A DNA stretch of 55,218 bases, from positions 662,236-717,453 of the forward strand of contig NC_057759.1 in the NCBI RefSeq assembly GCF_004010195.1, given 5' to 3'. A program made the translations under genes and the position numbers. Each line of letters opens with the position of its first letter. Position 1 is the stretch's first letter. Origin of the DNA: Chiloscyllium plagiosum. Its lineage: Eukaryota. The notes under the pieces were generated by a model that worked only from the letters and a program-made list of their open reading frames with translations, did not search any database and was not told the DNA's origin. Below, piece after piece: positions 24,961 through 37,064 of this stretch.

Positions 24961-25250
24961 CCACAATTGCTTCCATCTAGAAGGATAAGGACAGAAGGTG
25001 GGAACACCATCCCTTGAGAGTTCCCCTCTGAGCCACTCACCATGCTTTAGAAAACCATTAGTCATTCCTTTTGTGTCGCGGGATCAAAATGCTGGAATTC
25101 CCTCCCTAAGTGAGGCCACCTTGAACATGTGGGAGAACAGTCGCTCAAGAAGGGAGCTCACTGTCACATTCTCAAAGAAACATCTAGAGGCAAGGCAACA
25201 AATGCTGGGCCCAGCTGGGGATGCTGACGTCACATAAGTGAATTAAAACA
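24961..25250 (+). mobile_element. 3' end of the L2/CR1-group LINE; longer copy near 29910-30250
   Basis: ccatctagaaggataagg...ttcccctctgagccactcacc...tcaagaagggagctcac...aaatgctgggcccagc. Confidence 0.7.
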
Positions 25251-26159
25251 AAATCAAAAGCCTTCTTTGCTCCAAACAAAACGACCCCAGTTAATCCAGC
25301 CTCTCTTCATTGCCAAAACGCTCTTTCCCAGGGACATCTCCTCCTGACCCACCTCCCCCTATGCAATTACATCATTCCAATAGTGGGGAGAGTGGAACTG
25401 CATACATTGCTCCAGCTTTGTCCTCACCAATGTCCTGTCCAACTCCAACATCATCTGCCTGCTTCTACAATGTACAGAACACACCACAGCAGCAGGTGGG
25501 ACTTGAACGCTGACCTTGCAGCTCTAAGGTAGGGTCAGTATCGCTGTGCTACCAGATTGCTAGCTTTCAAGCCTGGAACTGTCTGCTGGTGAATCCCATT
25601 TTCTTCTGATACTCATTTCTACCTGCACCCAAACTGCCCTCTCCCGCCTCTTCTGAATTCCTGCTCCCACTCAATTCCGATTTCATTCCGATATCATTCA
25701 ATTGCATGATACCAAGGCTGACCCTGATGATCACTGAATCACATACACCCCATGAACCTCAGTGACAACTCTTAGACAGAAGACAGACTGGATGGAAATG
25801 TTATGCAAATATTCCATGCAAGTAAGAAGCAAGGAGACAGACAGAGGAGATGAAGCTTGTTAAATTCTATGGTCCGACTGATGAAGCGTTGTAAAGTAAA
25901 GACTGTGTACATATAACAAACGTGTGGGCTTTACGATAAAAACAGTATTTCACAAAGCATTTAACTCCACACATTTTCTTCCGGTGTAACTATTTTCACA
26001 TCATTGCATCTGTCGTTCTATTCCAGACCTCACAGACCGCTGGTTTTTACATTTACCAAGGCCACATTTTGGCTGCTGGTGGTCTTTCGAAATTTATATC
26101 TGCCTCTCCATCGCTCTCGTGTACTTCTCTGAGGATTGAACTGTTCAGTTGCTCCATGT

Positions 26160-26436
26160 AGGGTGAGAGGGGAAAGATATAAATGAGACCTAAGAGACAA
26201 CCTTTTACCCACAGAGGGTAGTACATATATGGAATGAGCTGCTAGAGGCAGTGTTGGAGGCTAGTACAATTGCAACATTTAAAAGGCATCTGGATAGGTA
26301 TATGAATAGGAATGGTTTAGAGGGATATGGGCTGGGTGTTGGCCGGTGGGACTAGATTGGGTTGGGATATCTGGTCGACATGTACGGGTTGGACTGAAGG
26401 GTCTGTTTCCATGCTGTACATCTCTATGACTCTATG
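26160..26436 (+). mobile_element. CR1 3' end; duplicate at 31160-31435 with a tandem extra copy
   Basis: ggtgagaggggaaagatataaa...tggaatgagctg...ctctatgactctatg tail; same family as 850-1140. Confidence 0.9.
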
Positions 26437-26871
26437 GCCTGCCCCGTTGTGTGATCAGGAATTTCTCCCCTTACAACCAACCTTGAACAGGAATTCTCAG
26501 ACGGATCTGACGGGCAAGAGATACAAAAACAGAAGTCAGGCATTTTCAATGTTTACTTTTCAGGGTGAAAGTGCCTTGGTGTGTGGTGCTTAATCAAACA
26601 TCTTGTGGCCCCACAAACGGAACAGACTTTGAGCCACAAGCCACTGACGATCTGGACAGGGGAGGTACGGCTGAAACGAAGTCTCCATGGAGAAAAAAAG
26701 TAGCCCAATAATCCAAAATCACTGCTGGACAATTTGAACTGGCTTTCTGAGATTCCGACCCCTATTGTGGAAATTAATGGGATTTCTCTCGCTGCAGGTA
26801 TTTTGGAAATGCCATGTTGATGGGTGTGAAGTTATTACAAATCTCCAGAGCAGCAGACTTGAACGTTGAAT

Positions 26872-27197
26872 GGGGAAGTGTTGGCCTGGTGGTTTTATCA
26901 GTGGACTATTCATCCAAAGACGCCAGTGATATTCTGAGGAACAGGTTTGAATCCCACCAAGGTAGATGGTGGATTTTGAATTCAATGAAATTCGGGACTT
27001 AACAGAATCAGGGTGACTGCAAATCAATTGTTATTAAAACACATCTGTTTAATTACTGTCCTTGAAGGAAGGAAACTGCAATCCTTACCTGGTCAAGCCT
27101 ATGCGTGAGTCCAGACACACAGCAATACGGTTACTCCTAACTGCCCTTTAGGCAATTAAGAATGCTGGCCTACCCAGTGATGCCCTCTTCTCATGAG
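26872..27197 (+). mobile_element. tRNA-derived SINE, second family; 3'-deleted duplicate near 32072-32300
   Basis: A-box-like tggcctggtggt, B-box ggtttgaatccc, body gaaggaaactgcaatccttacctggtc, tail ggcaattaagaatgctggcc. Confidence 0.8.
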
Positions 27198-27564
27198 GTA
27201 GGGACAGTTCCACACCGCCACAAAAGGGCTAAGCTTGATATAAATACAGGCTTTGTTGAAGATGTTGATATGTTGACACCACTCTCGTTTGGATCTGACA
27301 ACTGCTCTCCACCAAGAAAGAAGCAGTACAGGTCTGATTACAAACCGATAAACACCATCAGGGACAACGACAGAGTGAGGATTGAAGGTTCTGATTAATA
27401 GGTGACATATGTCTTTGAATGTAACGGCAGGACTTTGTTGATGAATTGTTAAAGATCAGAGTGAACAAAGACTGTGACTGAGTTATCGGTTTCAAAACAC
27501 ACGGCTCCTCATTCAGGCAAACGATGTACGACATTGCTGGCAGGGACAGCATGGGTGTCCGTAA

Positions 27565-28165
27565 TCATAGAGTCATAGTCATCTAGCACAAAAACAGACT
27601 CTTCATTTCAACTCTTCCATGCTGACCAGACTTCCTAAACTGAACCAGCCCCAATTGCTTGTCTTTGAAACATGTCACTGTAAACTTTTTCTATCCATGT
27701 AGCTTTCCCAATGTAGTGTAAATGTCCGAACTATATCCGCCTCGATAACTTCCTCTGGCTGGTCTTCCACGTGTGCACTCCCCACTGCGTGAAAAATTGC
27801 CCTTCAGGTCCGTTTTCCATCTTTCCTTTCATCTTAAAATTATTTTTATTCGCGCTTTCCTTCACTCTGGGAAAAGACTATGGATAATCACCTTGTCTCG
27901 GCTCGTCATTATTTTATTAACTTCTTTAGTGTCCAACCCTTTCCCTCTGACGCTGCAGGGAAAAAATACCGTCCCACCATGTCTAGCCTCTCCTTATTCT
28001 TCAAACCCTCTTGTCATGGTAACATCCTTGTAGATCGTTCCTGCACCCTTTCCAGTTTTGCAACATCCTCTCTAAACCAAGGCGACCAGAATTGCGTGCA
28101 GTACTCTAAATGTGGTCTTACCAATGCCTTGTCAAACCGTAACAAAACATCCTAACTCCTGTCCT
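27565..28165 (-). mobile_element. CR1 3' end; duplicate near 32635-33235
   Basis: Tail catagagtcatagtcat; gaccagaattgcgtgcagtactctaa is the reverse complement of LEYCTQFWS. Confidence 0.85.
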
Positions 28166-28214
28166 CAGAGCTCCTTTCCCACTCCATCACCATTTAGGAC
28201 AGTGTTGAGGGATA

Positions 28215-28848
28215 GGGAGAGAGATCTGTTTTGGGAACACTGCTGTCTTTCAGTTTTATAAATGATCCGCAGGTGGGCGTGGAAGGATGGCTTAGTAAAT
28301 TTGCAGATGACAGTAAGGTAGGCAGAGCTGTGAACAGTGCTGAAGGATGCTGTGAGTTACCGAGGGACATAGATAAGATGCAGAGCTGGTTTGAGAAAGG
28401 GTAATTGGAGTTCAATGTGGAAAAGTGTGAGGAAGTTCGCTTCGGAAGAAGTAACAGGATCGCAGAGCCCTTGGATAATAGTAAAATTCTTTAGGGAGAG
28501 ATTTGTGTCCAGGTGCATTAATCCCTGAAAGTTACCCCCAGGTTGATAGGGTTATTAAGAAGGCACATGGTGTGTTGCCGTTTCTTGATAGAGGGATTGT
28601 ATTTGCAAGTCACGAGATCATGCTTCAGCTGTACAAGACACTGCTCAGACTGCACCTGGAGTATTGCGTATAGTTCTGATCACTGTATTATGGAAAGATG
28701 TGGAAACGTTGGAAAGGGTTTAGAGGAGATTTACTAGAATGTTGTCTGGTATGGAAGGACAGTCTTACAATGAAAGGCTGAGAGAACTGAGTCTGTTTCG
28801 TTGGAGAGACGAAGTTTGAGAGGAGACTTAATAGAGATGTATAAGATA
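28215..28848 (+). mobile_element. CR1 RT fragment running into the gap
   Basis: SKFADDSKVG and ERRSLRGDLIEMYKI. Confidence 0.88.
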
Positions 28849-31323
28849 NNNNNNNNNNNNNNNNNNNNNNNNNNNNNNNNNNNNNNNNNNNNNNNNNNNN
28901 NNNNNNNNNNNNNNNNNNNNNNNNNNNNNNNNNNNNNNNNNNNNNNNNNNNNNNNNNNNNNNNNNNNNNNNNNNNNNNNNNNNNNNNNNNNNNNNNNNNN
29001 NNNNNNNNNNNNNNNNNNNNNNNNNNNNNNNNNNNNNNNNNNNNNNNNNNNNNNNNNNNNNNNNNNNNNNNNNNNNNNNNNNNNNNNNNNNNNNNNNNNN
29101 NNNNNNNNNNNNNNNNNNNNNNNNNNNNNNNNNNNNNNNNNNNNNNNNNNNNNNNNNNNNNNNNNNNNNNNNNNNNNNNNNNNNNNNNNNNNNNNNNNNN
29201 NNNNNNNNNNNNNNNNNNNNNNNNNNNNNNNNNNNNNNNNNNNNNNNNNNNNNNNNNNNNNNNNNNNNNNNNNNNNNNNNNNNNNNNNNNNNNNNNNNNN
29301 NNNNNNNNNNNNNNNNNNNNNNNNNNNNNNNNNNNNNNNNNNNNNNNNAGACCCCAAACTTTGCACACAATACTCCAAGATGTACATTTGCAGCAAAACA
29401 TCCATATTCCTGCACTCGAAACTTCTCACTTTGAAGGCCAACATCTCATTTAAACCTATTCACCGCCTGCTGTTCCTATAATGTTCATTTTCAGCGATTT
29501 ATTCGATCTTCTACCTTTCCCAAATATTGACGTTCAGATAATAATCCATCTTCCTGTTTTTACATTTAATTGGATAATCTCAGTTTGATCCGTACTGCTG
29601 TGCATTGGTCCCCTCAGCCAACTTGTCTAAATCACACTGAAGCATCTCTGAATCCTGCTTCACAGCTCACCCTCCTTCCCAGCTTTGTGACTGCTTTTAA
29701 ACGCAGTGGAATATAGCCTGCAAAGATTTTGCAATTGAGTAGAACATTCACTATTTCTCATTTCACTTCCACGAACCAGGATTGGTGCAGTACTGGTGTT
29801 GATGTTCCAGTTCTCTCTCGTTAATAGTTAAAACATCACTGATCTTGACATTAAATAGTTGCCAGTCCGTCGTCATTTGCATCCAATTGGTAGCAGAGAT
29901 GTGCAAAATTTACAAGATGCACTGTGGAAATTCACCAAAGATCCTCAGCACCTTCCAAAACCACAATTGCTTCCATCTAGAAGGATAAGGACAGAAGGTG
30001 GGAACACCATCCCTTGAGAGTTCCCCTCTGAGCCACTCACCATGCTTTAGAAAACCATTAGTCATTCCTTTTGTGTCGCGGGATCAAAATGCTGGAATTC
30101 CCTCCCTAAGTGAGGCCACCTTGAACATGTGGGAGAACAGTCGCTCAAGAAGGGAGCTCACTGTCACATTCTCAAAGAAACATCTAGAGGCAAGGCAACA
30201 AATGCTGGGCCCAGCTGGGGATGCTGACGTCACATAAGTGAATTAAAACAAAATCAAAAGCCTTCTTTGCTCCAAACAAAACGACCCCAGTTAATCCAGC
30301 CTCTCTTCATTGCCAAAACGCTCTTTCCCAGGGACATCTCCTCCTGACCCACCTCCCCCTATGCAATTACATCATTCCAATAGTGGGGAGAGTGGAACTG
30401 CATACATTGCTCCAGCTTTGTCCTCACCAATGTCCTGTCCAACTCCAACATCATCTGCCTGCTTCTACAATGTACAGAACACACCACAGCAGCAGGTGGG
30501 ACTTGAACGCTGACCTTGCAGCTCTAAGGTAGGGTCAGTATCGCTGTGCTACCAGATTGCTAGCTTTCAAGCCTGGAACTGTCTGCTGGTGAATCCCATT
30601 TTCTTCTGATACTCATTTCTACCTGCACCCAAACTGCCCTCTCCCGCCTCTTCTGAATTCCTGCTCCCACTCAATTCCGATTTCATTCCGATATCATTCA
30701 ATTGCATGATACCAAGGCTGACCCTGATGATCACTGAATCACATACACCCCATGAACCTCAGTGACAACTCTTAGACAGAAGACAGACTGGATGGAAATG
30801 TTATGCAAATATTCCATGCAAGTAAGAAGCAAGGAGACAGACAGAGGAGATGAAGGTTGTTCAATTCTATGGTCCGACTGATGAAGCGTTGTAAAGTAAA
30901 GACTGTGTACATATAACAAACACAGTGTGGGCTTTACGATAAAAACGGTATTTCACAAGGCATTTAACTCCACACATTTTCTTCCGGTGTAACTATTTTC
31001 ACATCATTGCATCTGTCGTTCTATTCCAGACCTCACAGACCGCTGGTTTTTACATTTACCAAGGTATTTTGGCTGCTGGTGGTCTTTGGAAATTTATACC
31101 TGCCTTTCCATCGCTCTCGTGTACATATCTGAGGATGGAACTGTTCAGTTGGTCCATGTAGGGTGAGAGGGGAAAGATATAAATGAGACCTAAGAGACAA
31201 CTTTTTCCCACAGAGGGTGGTACATATATGGAATGAGCTGCGAGAGGCAGTGGTGGAGGCTAGTACAATTGCAACATTTAAAAGGCATTTGGATAGGTAT
31301 ATGAATAGGAAGGGTTTAGAGGA

Positions 31324-31722
31324 ATATGGGCTGGGTGCTGCAGGTGGGACTAGATTGGGTTGGGATATCTAGTCGACATGTACGGGTTGGACTGAAGGGT
31401 CTGTTTCCATGCTGTACCTCTCTATGACTCTATGGCCTGCCCCTTTGCGTGATCAGGAATTTCTCCCCTTACAACCAACTTCGAACAGGAATTCTTAGAT
31501 GGATTGACGGGCCAAGAGATACGATATGGGCTGGGTGCTGCAGGTGGGACTAGATTGGGTTGGGATATCTGGTCGACATGTATGGGTTGGACTGAAGGGT
31601 CTGTTTCCATGCTGTACCTCTCTATGACTCTATGGCCTGCCCCGTTGCGTGATCAGGAATTTCTCCCCTTACAACCAACTTCGAACAGGAATTCTTAGAT
31701 GGATTTGACGGGCAAGAGATAC
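31324..31722 (+). repeat. 200-bp tandem duplication of a CR1 tail plus downstream flank
   Basis: atatgggctgggtgctgcaggtgggactag begins at 31324 and again at 31524; single copy in the paralogous block near 26324-26523. Confidence 0.92.
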
Positions 31723-33269
31723 AAAAACAGAAGTCAGGCATTTTCAATGTTTACTTTCCAGGGTGAAAGTGCCTTGGTGTGTGGGGCTTAATCAAACATC
31801 TTGTGGCCCCACAAACGGAACAGACTTTGAGCCACAAGCCACTGACGATCTGTACAGAGGAGGTACGGCTGAAAGAAAGTCTCCATGGAGAAAAAAAAAG
31901 TAGCCCAATAATCCAAAACCACTGCCGGGCAATGTCAACTGGATCTCTGAGATTCCGACCCCCATTGTGGAAATGTATGGGATTTATCCCGCTGCAGATA
32001 TTTTGGAAATGCCATGTTGATGGGTGTGAAGTTATCACAAATCTCCAGAGCAGCAGACTTGAACGTTGAATGGGGAAGTGTTGACCTGGTGGTTTTATCA
32101 GTGGACTATTCATTCAAAGACGCCAGTGATATTCTGAGGAACCAGGTTTGAATCCCACCAAGGTAGATGGTTGATTTTGAATTCAATGAAATTCGGGACT
32201 TGACAGAATCAGGATAACTGCAAATCAATTGTTATTAAAACACATCTGTTTAACTACTGTCCTTGTAGGAAGGAAACAGCAATCCTTACCTGGTCAAGCC
32301 ACCGCCACAAAAGGGCTAAGCTTGATATAAATACAGGTTTTGTTGAAGATGTTGATATTTTGACACCGCTCTCGTGTGGATGTGACAACTGCTCTCCACC
32401 AAGAAAGAAGCAGTTCAGGTCTGATTACAAACCGATAAACACCATCAGGGACAACGACAGAGTGAGGGCTGAAGGTTCTAATTAATAGGTGACATATGTC
32501 TTTGAATGGAAAGGCAGGACCTTGTTGATGAATTGTTAAAGATTAGAGTGAACAAAGACTGTGACTGAGCTATCGGTTTCTAAACACACGGCTCCTCATT
32601 CAGGCAAAAGATGTACGGCATGGGTGTCCGTAATCATATAGTCATAGTCATCTAGCACAAAAACAGACTCTTCATTTCAACTCTTCCATGCTGACCAGAC
32701 TTCCTAAACTGAACTAGCCCCATTTGCCTGTCTTTGAAACATGTCACTGTAAACTTTTCCTATCCATGTAGCTGTCCTAATGTAGTGTAAATGTCCGAAC
32801 TATACCCGCCTCGATAACTTCCTCTGGCTGGTCTTCCACGTGTGCACTCACCACTGCGTGAAAAATTGCCCTTCAGCTCCGTTTTCAATCTTTCCTTTCA
32901 TCTTAAAATTATTTTTATTCGTGCTTTCCTTCACTGTGGGTAAAGACTATGGATATTCACCTTATCTCGGCTCGTCATTATTTTATTAACTTCTTCAGTG
33001 TCCAACCATTAACCTCTGACGCTGCAGGGAAAAAATACCGTCCCACCATGTCTAGCCTCTCCTTATTCTTCAAACCCTCTTGTCATGGTAACATCCTTGT
33101 AGATCGTTCTTGCACCCTTTCCAGTTTTGCAACATCCTCTCTAAATCAAGGCGACTAGAATTGCGTGCAGGGCTCCAAATGTGGTCTTACCAATGCCTTG
33201 TCAAACCGTAACAAAACATCCTAACTCCTGTCCTCATAGCTCCTTTCCCACTCCATCACCATTTGGGAT

Positions 33270-34240
33270 AGGGAGAGAGATCTGTTTTGGGAACACTGCT
33301 GTCTTTAAGTTTTATAAATGATCCGCAGGTGGGCGTGGAAAGATGACTTAGTAAATTTGCAGATGACAGTAAGGTAGGCAGAGCTGTGAACAGTGCTGAA
33401 CGATGCTGTGAGTTACAGAGGGACATAGATAAGATGCAGAGCTGGCCTGAGAAAGGGTAATTGGAGTTCAATGTGGAAAAGTGTGAGGAAGTTCGCTTCG
33501 GAAGAAGTAACAGGATTGCAGAGCCCTTGGATAATAATAAAATTCTTTAGGGAGAGATTTGTGTCCAGGTGCATTAATCCCTGAAAGTTACCCCCAGGTT
33601 GATAGGGTTATTAAGAAGGCACATGGTGTGTTGGCGTTTCTTGATAGAGGGATTGAATTTGCAAGTCACGAGATCATGCTTCAGCTGTACAAGACACTGC
33701 TCAGGCCGCACCTGGAGTATTGCGTATAGTTCTGATCACTGCATTATGAAAAGGATGTGGAAACGTTGGAAAGGGTTTAGAGGAGATTTACTAGGATGTT
33801 GTCTGGTATGGAAGGACAGTCTTACAATGAAAGGCTGAGAGAATTGAGTCTGTTTCGTTGGAGAGACGAAGATTGAGAGGAGACTTAATAGAGATGTATA
33901 AGATAACCAGAGGGTTAGATACGGTGGACAGTGAGAACATTTTTCCTCGGATGGTGAAAAATAACGCGAGGGAACATAGCTTTACATTCAAGGGTGACAG
34001 ATTTAGGAGCGATATTAGGAGTAGTTTCATTAGTCAGGGAGGATTAGGGGCGTAGAATGGCCTGCCTGAAACTGTGATAGACTCTCCGACATTAAGGGCA
34101 GTTAAATGGGTTTCGGACATAACTACGTAGAATAACGGAATGGTGTAAGTTTGTTGGGCATCAGACTAATTTCATAGTTCTGTGCAACATCGGGGACCGA
34201 ATGGCCTGTACTGCACTGTAAAGTTCTATATTATATTTCT
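33270..34240 (+). mobile_element. CR1 RT and 3' UTR
   Basis: SKFADDSKVG and ERRRLRGDLIEMYKITRGLD; tail gttctatattatatttctat. Confidence 0.88.
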
Positions 34241-35029
34241 ATCAATTACTGTAGAACTGATGCATGATAGAATGTCCCAGTGCAGATACATTGGGCTGAA
34301 TGGTCTGCTTCTGTGATGGACCATATCAAGTAGACAGATTTTTGTGAGAAAGGAGATGACATGAAATTGTGTTAAATATTGGTACAAAAAATGCATAAAT
34401 CTTGTGACATGCAGAATAAAACTGTCTTTCACAAAAAAAAGTCTGTATACAAAATGAAACTCAATGTCTCAGTAATACCACAGATCTCAGACTGTGGACA
34501 CAAACAGGCAATAGTGACAATGATTCAGAATGATTCTCAAAATAAAGCAGTTACCCTTATCGCCACACCCCCCCACCCACCCCCAAAGATTGTCAGTCAA
34601 CCCAGAAATCACAAAATGCAGAAGAGATTACGAACCAGTCTCAGCACCGTCATAACAACTATCACAGAATGTATCACACAGACACAAGTAGTACTGGCTA
34701 CCTCTTTGATACACAAGAGTAGAAACTGACAAGTACAGTCTGATAACTACACACTCATTCATTTTGCAGAAACAGACAAACAAATGATGACGACACAGTT
34801 ACTGCGATCCAAATGTGTTACTCTCCGTCCCTACAATGTGGCTATTTTCACATTTTGTTTTCAATAATGTCACCAAAGATTGGTTGCCCTTTTTACATCC
34901 TTTGTCAGAGTTTTATCCACTCCCTCCTTCCTGATTGCCTGATTCCTTCTTGCCTTTTGCTCTCTAGCCTGGTTCCTTCTGTTCTCTTTTCTTCTCAGTT
35001 TCCATTAAGACAATCAACAAATGCTCAGT

Positions 35030-35225
35030 AGCCTTTACTGATTTGTCCCATTGAGCCCTCACTTATGTAGAGCAAGAACAGCAGAGATCCCAGCACTAAT
35101 CCATGTGGAACACCACTCGTCATGACCCTCCATTCCAAAAAGCATCCTTCCACTGGTACCCTCTGTCTCCTATGACTAAGCCAGTTCTGTAACCATCTTG
35201 CCAGCTCACTGCTGATACCATGTGA
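35030..35225 (-). mobile_element. CR1 RT fragment
   Basis: LARWLQNWLSHRRQRV...MTSGVPHGLVLGSLLF (GVPQGSVLGP motif). Confidence 0.85.
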
Positions 35226-35602
35226 CAACTGAAGCTTTAGTATATTATTAGTACAAGGACCAGGTCTGATTGCATGTCTACCCAGGCTTGACTGAATCCG
35301 TCACCTTTTTTTTTGGCTAAATGTGCATTTCATTGGCAGTTTCGCTCCATGGAACCTAGTGAGAATTCTCGAGCATTTGAGCAAACATGCCTCATTGACT
35401 ACCTACCGCAGCCATACGGCACACGGCCAATTCTACTCACATTCTACCACACACTGTGCCCAGAACAACTCACCAGTGCCAGAATATCCTGAAGTAGACA
35501 GGTACCCTTGTCATGGGTGCCACCTTTAAAAGGTCATTCTGCACCTAGATAAGCACCATTGGTTCAAGCTGTTCTGCACAGATCTGGATATTTGCCACTG
35601 AC

Positions 35603-35822
35603 ATGGCAGACAAGGGAAAATTGGTACGCTACTTTGCGGGCAGAGACGTGGTAGCACTGGTAAACAGTATGGTACAGAGGTAGAGCACCTCTTCCCTGGA
35701 GTGGCAGTGGATGCCACAATACCAGTTCTTGCTAGCTTCGATTGAGGTTGCCATCCTGGCCAGTGTAGCCTTGGCCATCTGGAGAAATGCATAACAATGT
35801 AGGAAGAAGAGCAATGAGCATC
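35603..35822 (+). pseudogene. Decayed Myb/SANT-like ORF of a PIF/Harbinger DNA transposon
   Basis: Reads MADKGKLVRYFAGRDVVALVNSMVQR*S...LLASIEVAILASVALAIWRNA*QCRKKSNE with two stops; matches the F...L.ALV...EVA...R...QCRKK.N pattern. Confidence 0.6.
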
Positions 35823-36289
35823 AGTGCTACCATCGTCTCACGCTGACATGCTCTCTGTTAGTGCACTCATCTCCCGCCAAGGCTCACAAATGGTCACTCT
35901 CACTATTGCCTGCACCATCCTCTCCCCCTTGGTCTCATCCATGTCAAACTCCAACACCATTAACCCTCTGTCTGCTGCCTTAACACTCACTTGGGACGTC
36001 TGCCAAGATAATCGCTGCCTTTGGTGTTTTCACTTGCCAACCCTTTATTTCTGGTAGTAAACAGCCCAGAGTCAGACAGAAAGACTTGCATGCTGCCAGA
36101 CATTTGCCTCCCCATCCCTTATGAAGAGAAGGTCCTGACTCTGACTGTCCTGAGCAATTGACTAACTTTGTTCAAAGCTAGGAAAGGTTCTGCAGCCTAA
36201 CAGACCTAGGACCTCCTGAGCAAAGGCTCTCTCTTTGAATTGAATGAAAACAAAAAATATTTTGTTTCTACTAGTTGCTACGTCTGTAA

Positions 36290-36500
36290 CTAGTGGTCAC
36301 AATTTCAAGATTGTCAGCAAGACAGCTCAGAGTGAGATGAGGAGAAACCTCTTTACTCAGAGAGTTGTTAGGATTTGGATTGTGCAGCCTGGGATCATGG
36401 TGAAGGTAGATTCCATGTGAGGTATGAAAAGAGAGCTGGATATGTATTGAAAGTTATCAAGTTTGAGGGCAATGAAGGTAGAGCTGGAGAATGATCCTGT
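36290..36500 (+). mobile_element. CR1 3' fragment
   Basis: gagatgaggagaaacctctttactcagagagttgttagg. Confidence 0.75.
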
Positions 36501-36876
36501 TTTGAATTATTTCCCGCTCACCATAATTTTAGAAAAAACTAGAGTGCATTCAATTCACTAGCTCATCTGCCTTGAGCCATTGACCAGGAGTTCGAATGGA
36601 CGCTGAAGTTAGGAATGGGCACCACAAAATCTTAAATCTCTGCTATCAAAGGTTAGATCGTCCTACAGCGGGATAAATTGACTCACTGAGGGTTGTGGGA
36701 GAGACAATTATTCAAATGGTATCCCAAGACAAGTAAATCTTTAAAACTGGCATTTGATGAGTGAATTGAGACAAAGCCTAATCAATCTGTCGGCTACAGA
36801 AATGTGATGTTGCTACGCCTTATTTTCGTTGTCCTCGTTGTTTGCTGGAAGGTAGGATTGCTACTGCTCGATTTGT

Positions 36877-37030
36877 TTAGCTTTGAAGGCGCTCTTCTGT
36901 GCTGTTTTCCGATGTCTGCGGAAGGTTCGCATAAACATTTCTCTCTTTGTCTTGACCTGGTTCCTGAACTCCTGTATCTGTGTGCCTCATGCTTATGTAT
37001 GTGATACAGAATGGTTGCTGCTCCGCTGGT
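36877..37030 (-). CDS. Candidate terminal exon of an immune-receptor-like cytoplasmic tail with two ITIM-like motifs
   Basis: Minus-strand acceptor tttctggttttcaAGcAG; phase-2 frame PAEQQPFCITYISMRHTDTGVQEPGQDKERNVYANLPQTSENSTEERLQS*. Confidence 0.4.
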
Positions 37031-37064
37031 CTGCTTGAAAACCAGAAACGCAGTAAATAGGAGC

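Larger units (their letters stand above)
24718..33905 (+). repeat. Direct duplication 24718-28848 vs 29349-33905 across a 500-N gap
   Basis: Both start agaccccaaactttgcacac and match through gagatgtataagata; identical ORFs at 24998/29998 and 25310/30310. Confidence 0.95.

Noticed and set aside
25803..25810. Ig-type octamer ATGCAAAT (also at 30803)
   Set aside because: A single 8-mer is expected by chance in 55 kb, and no leader or V exon follows.
25878..25900. CTGATGA as a hammerhead core (also near 11260)
   Set aside because: No properly placed stem II and GAAA follow.
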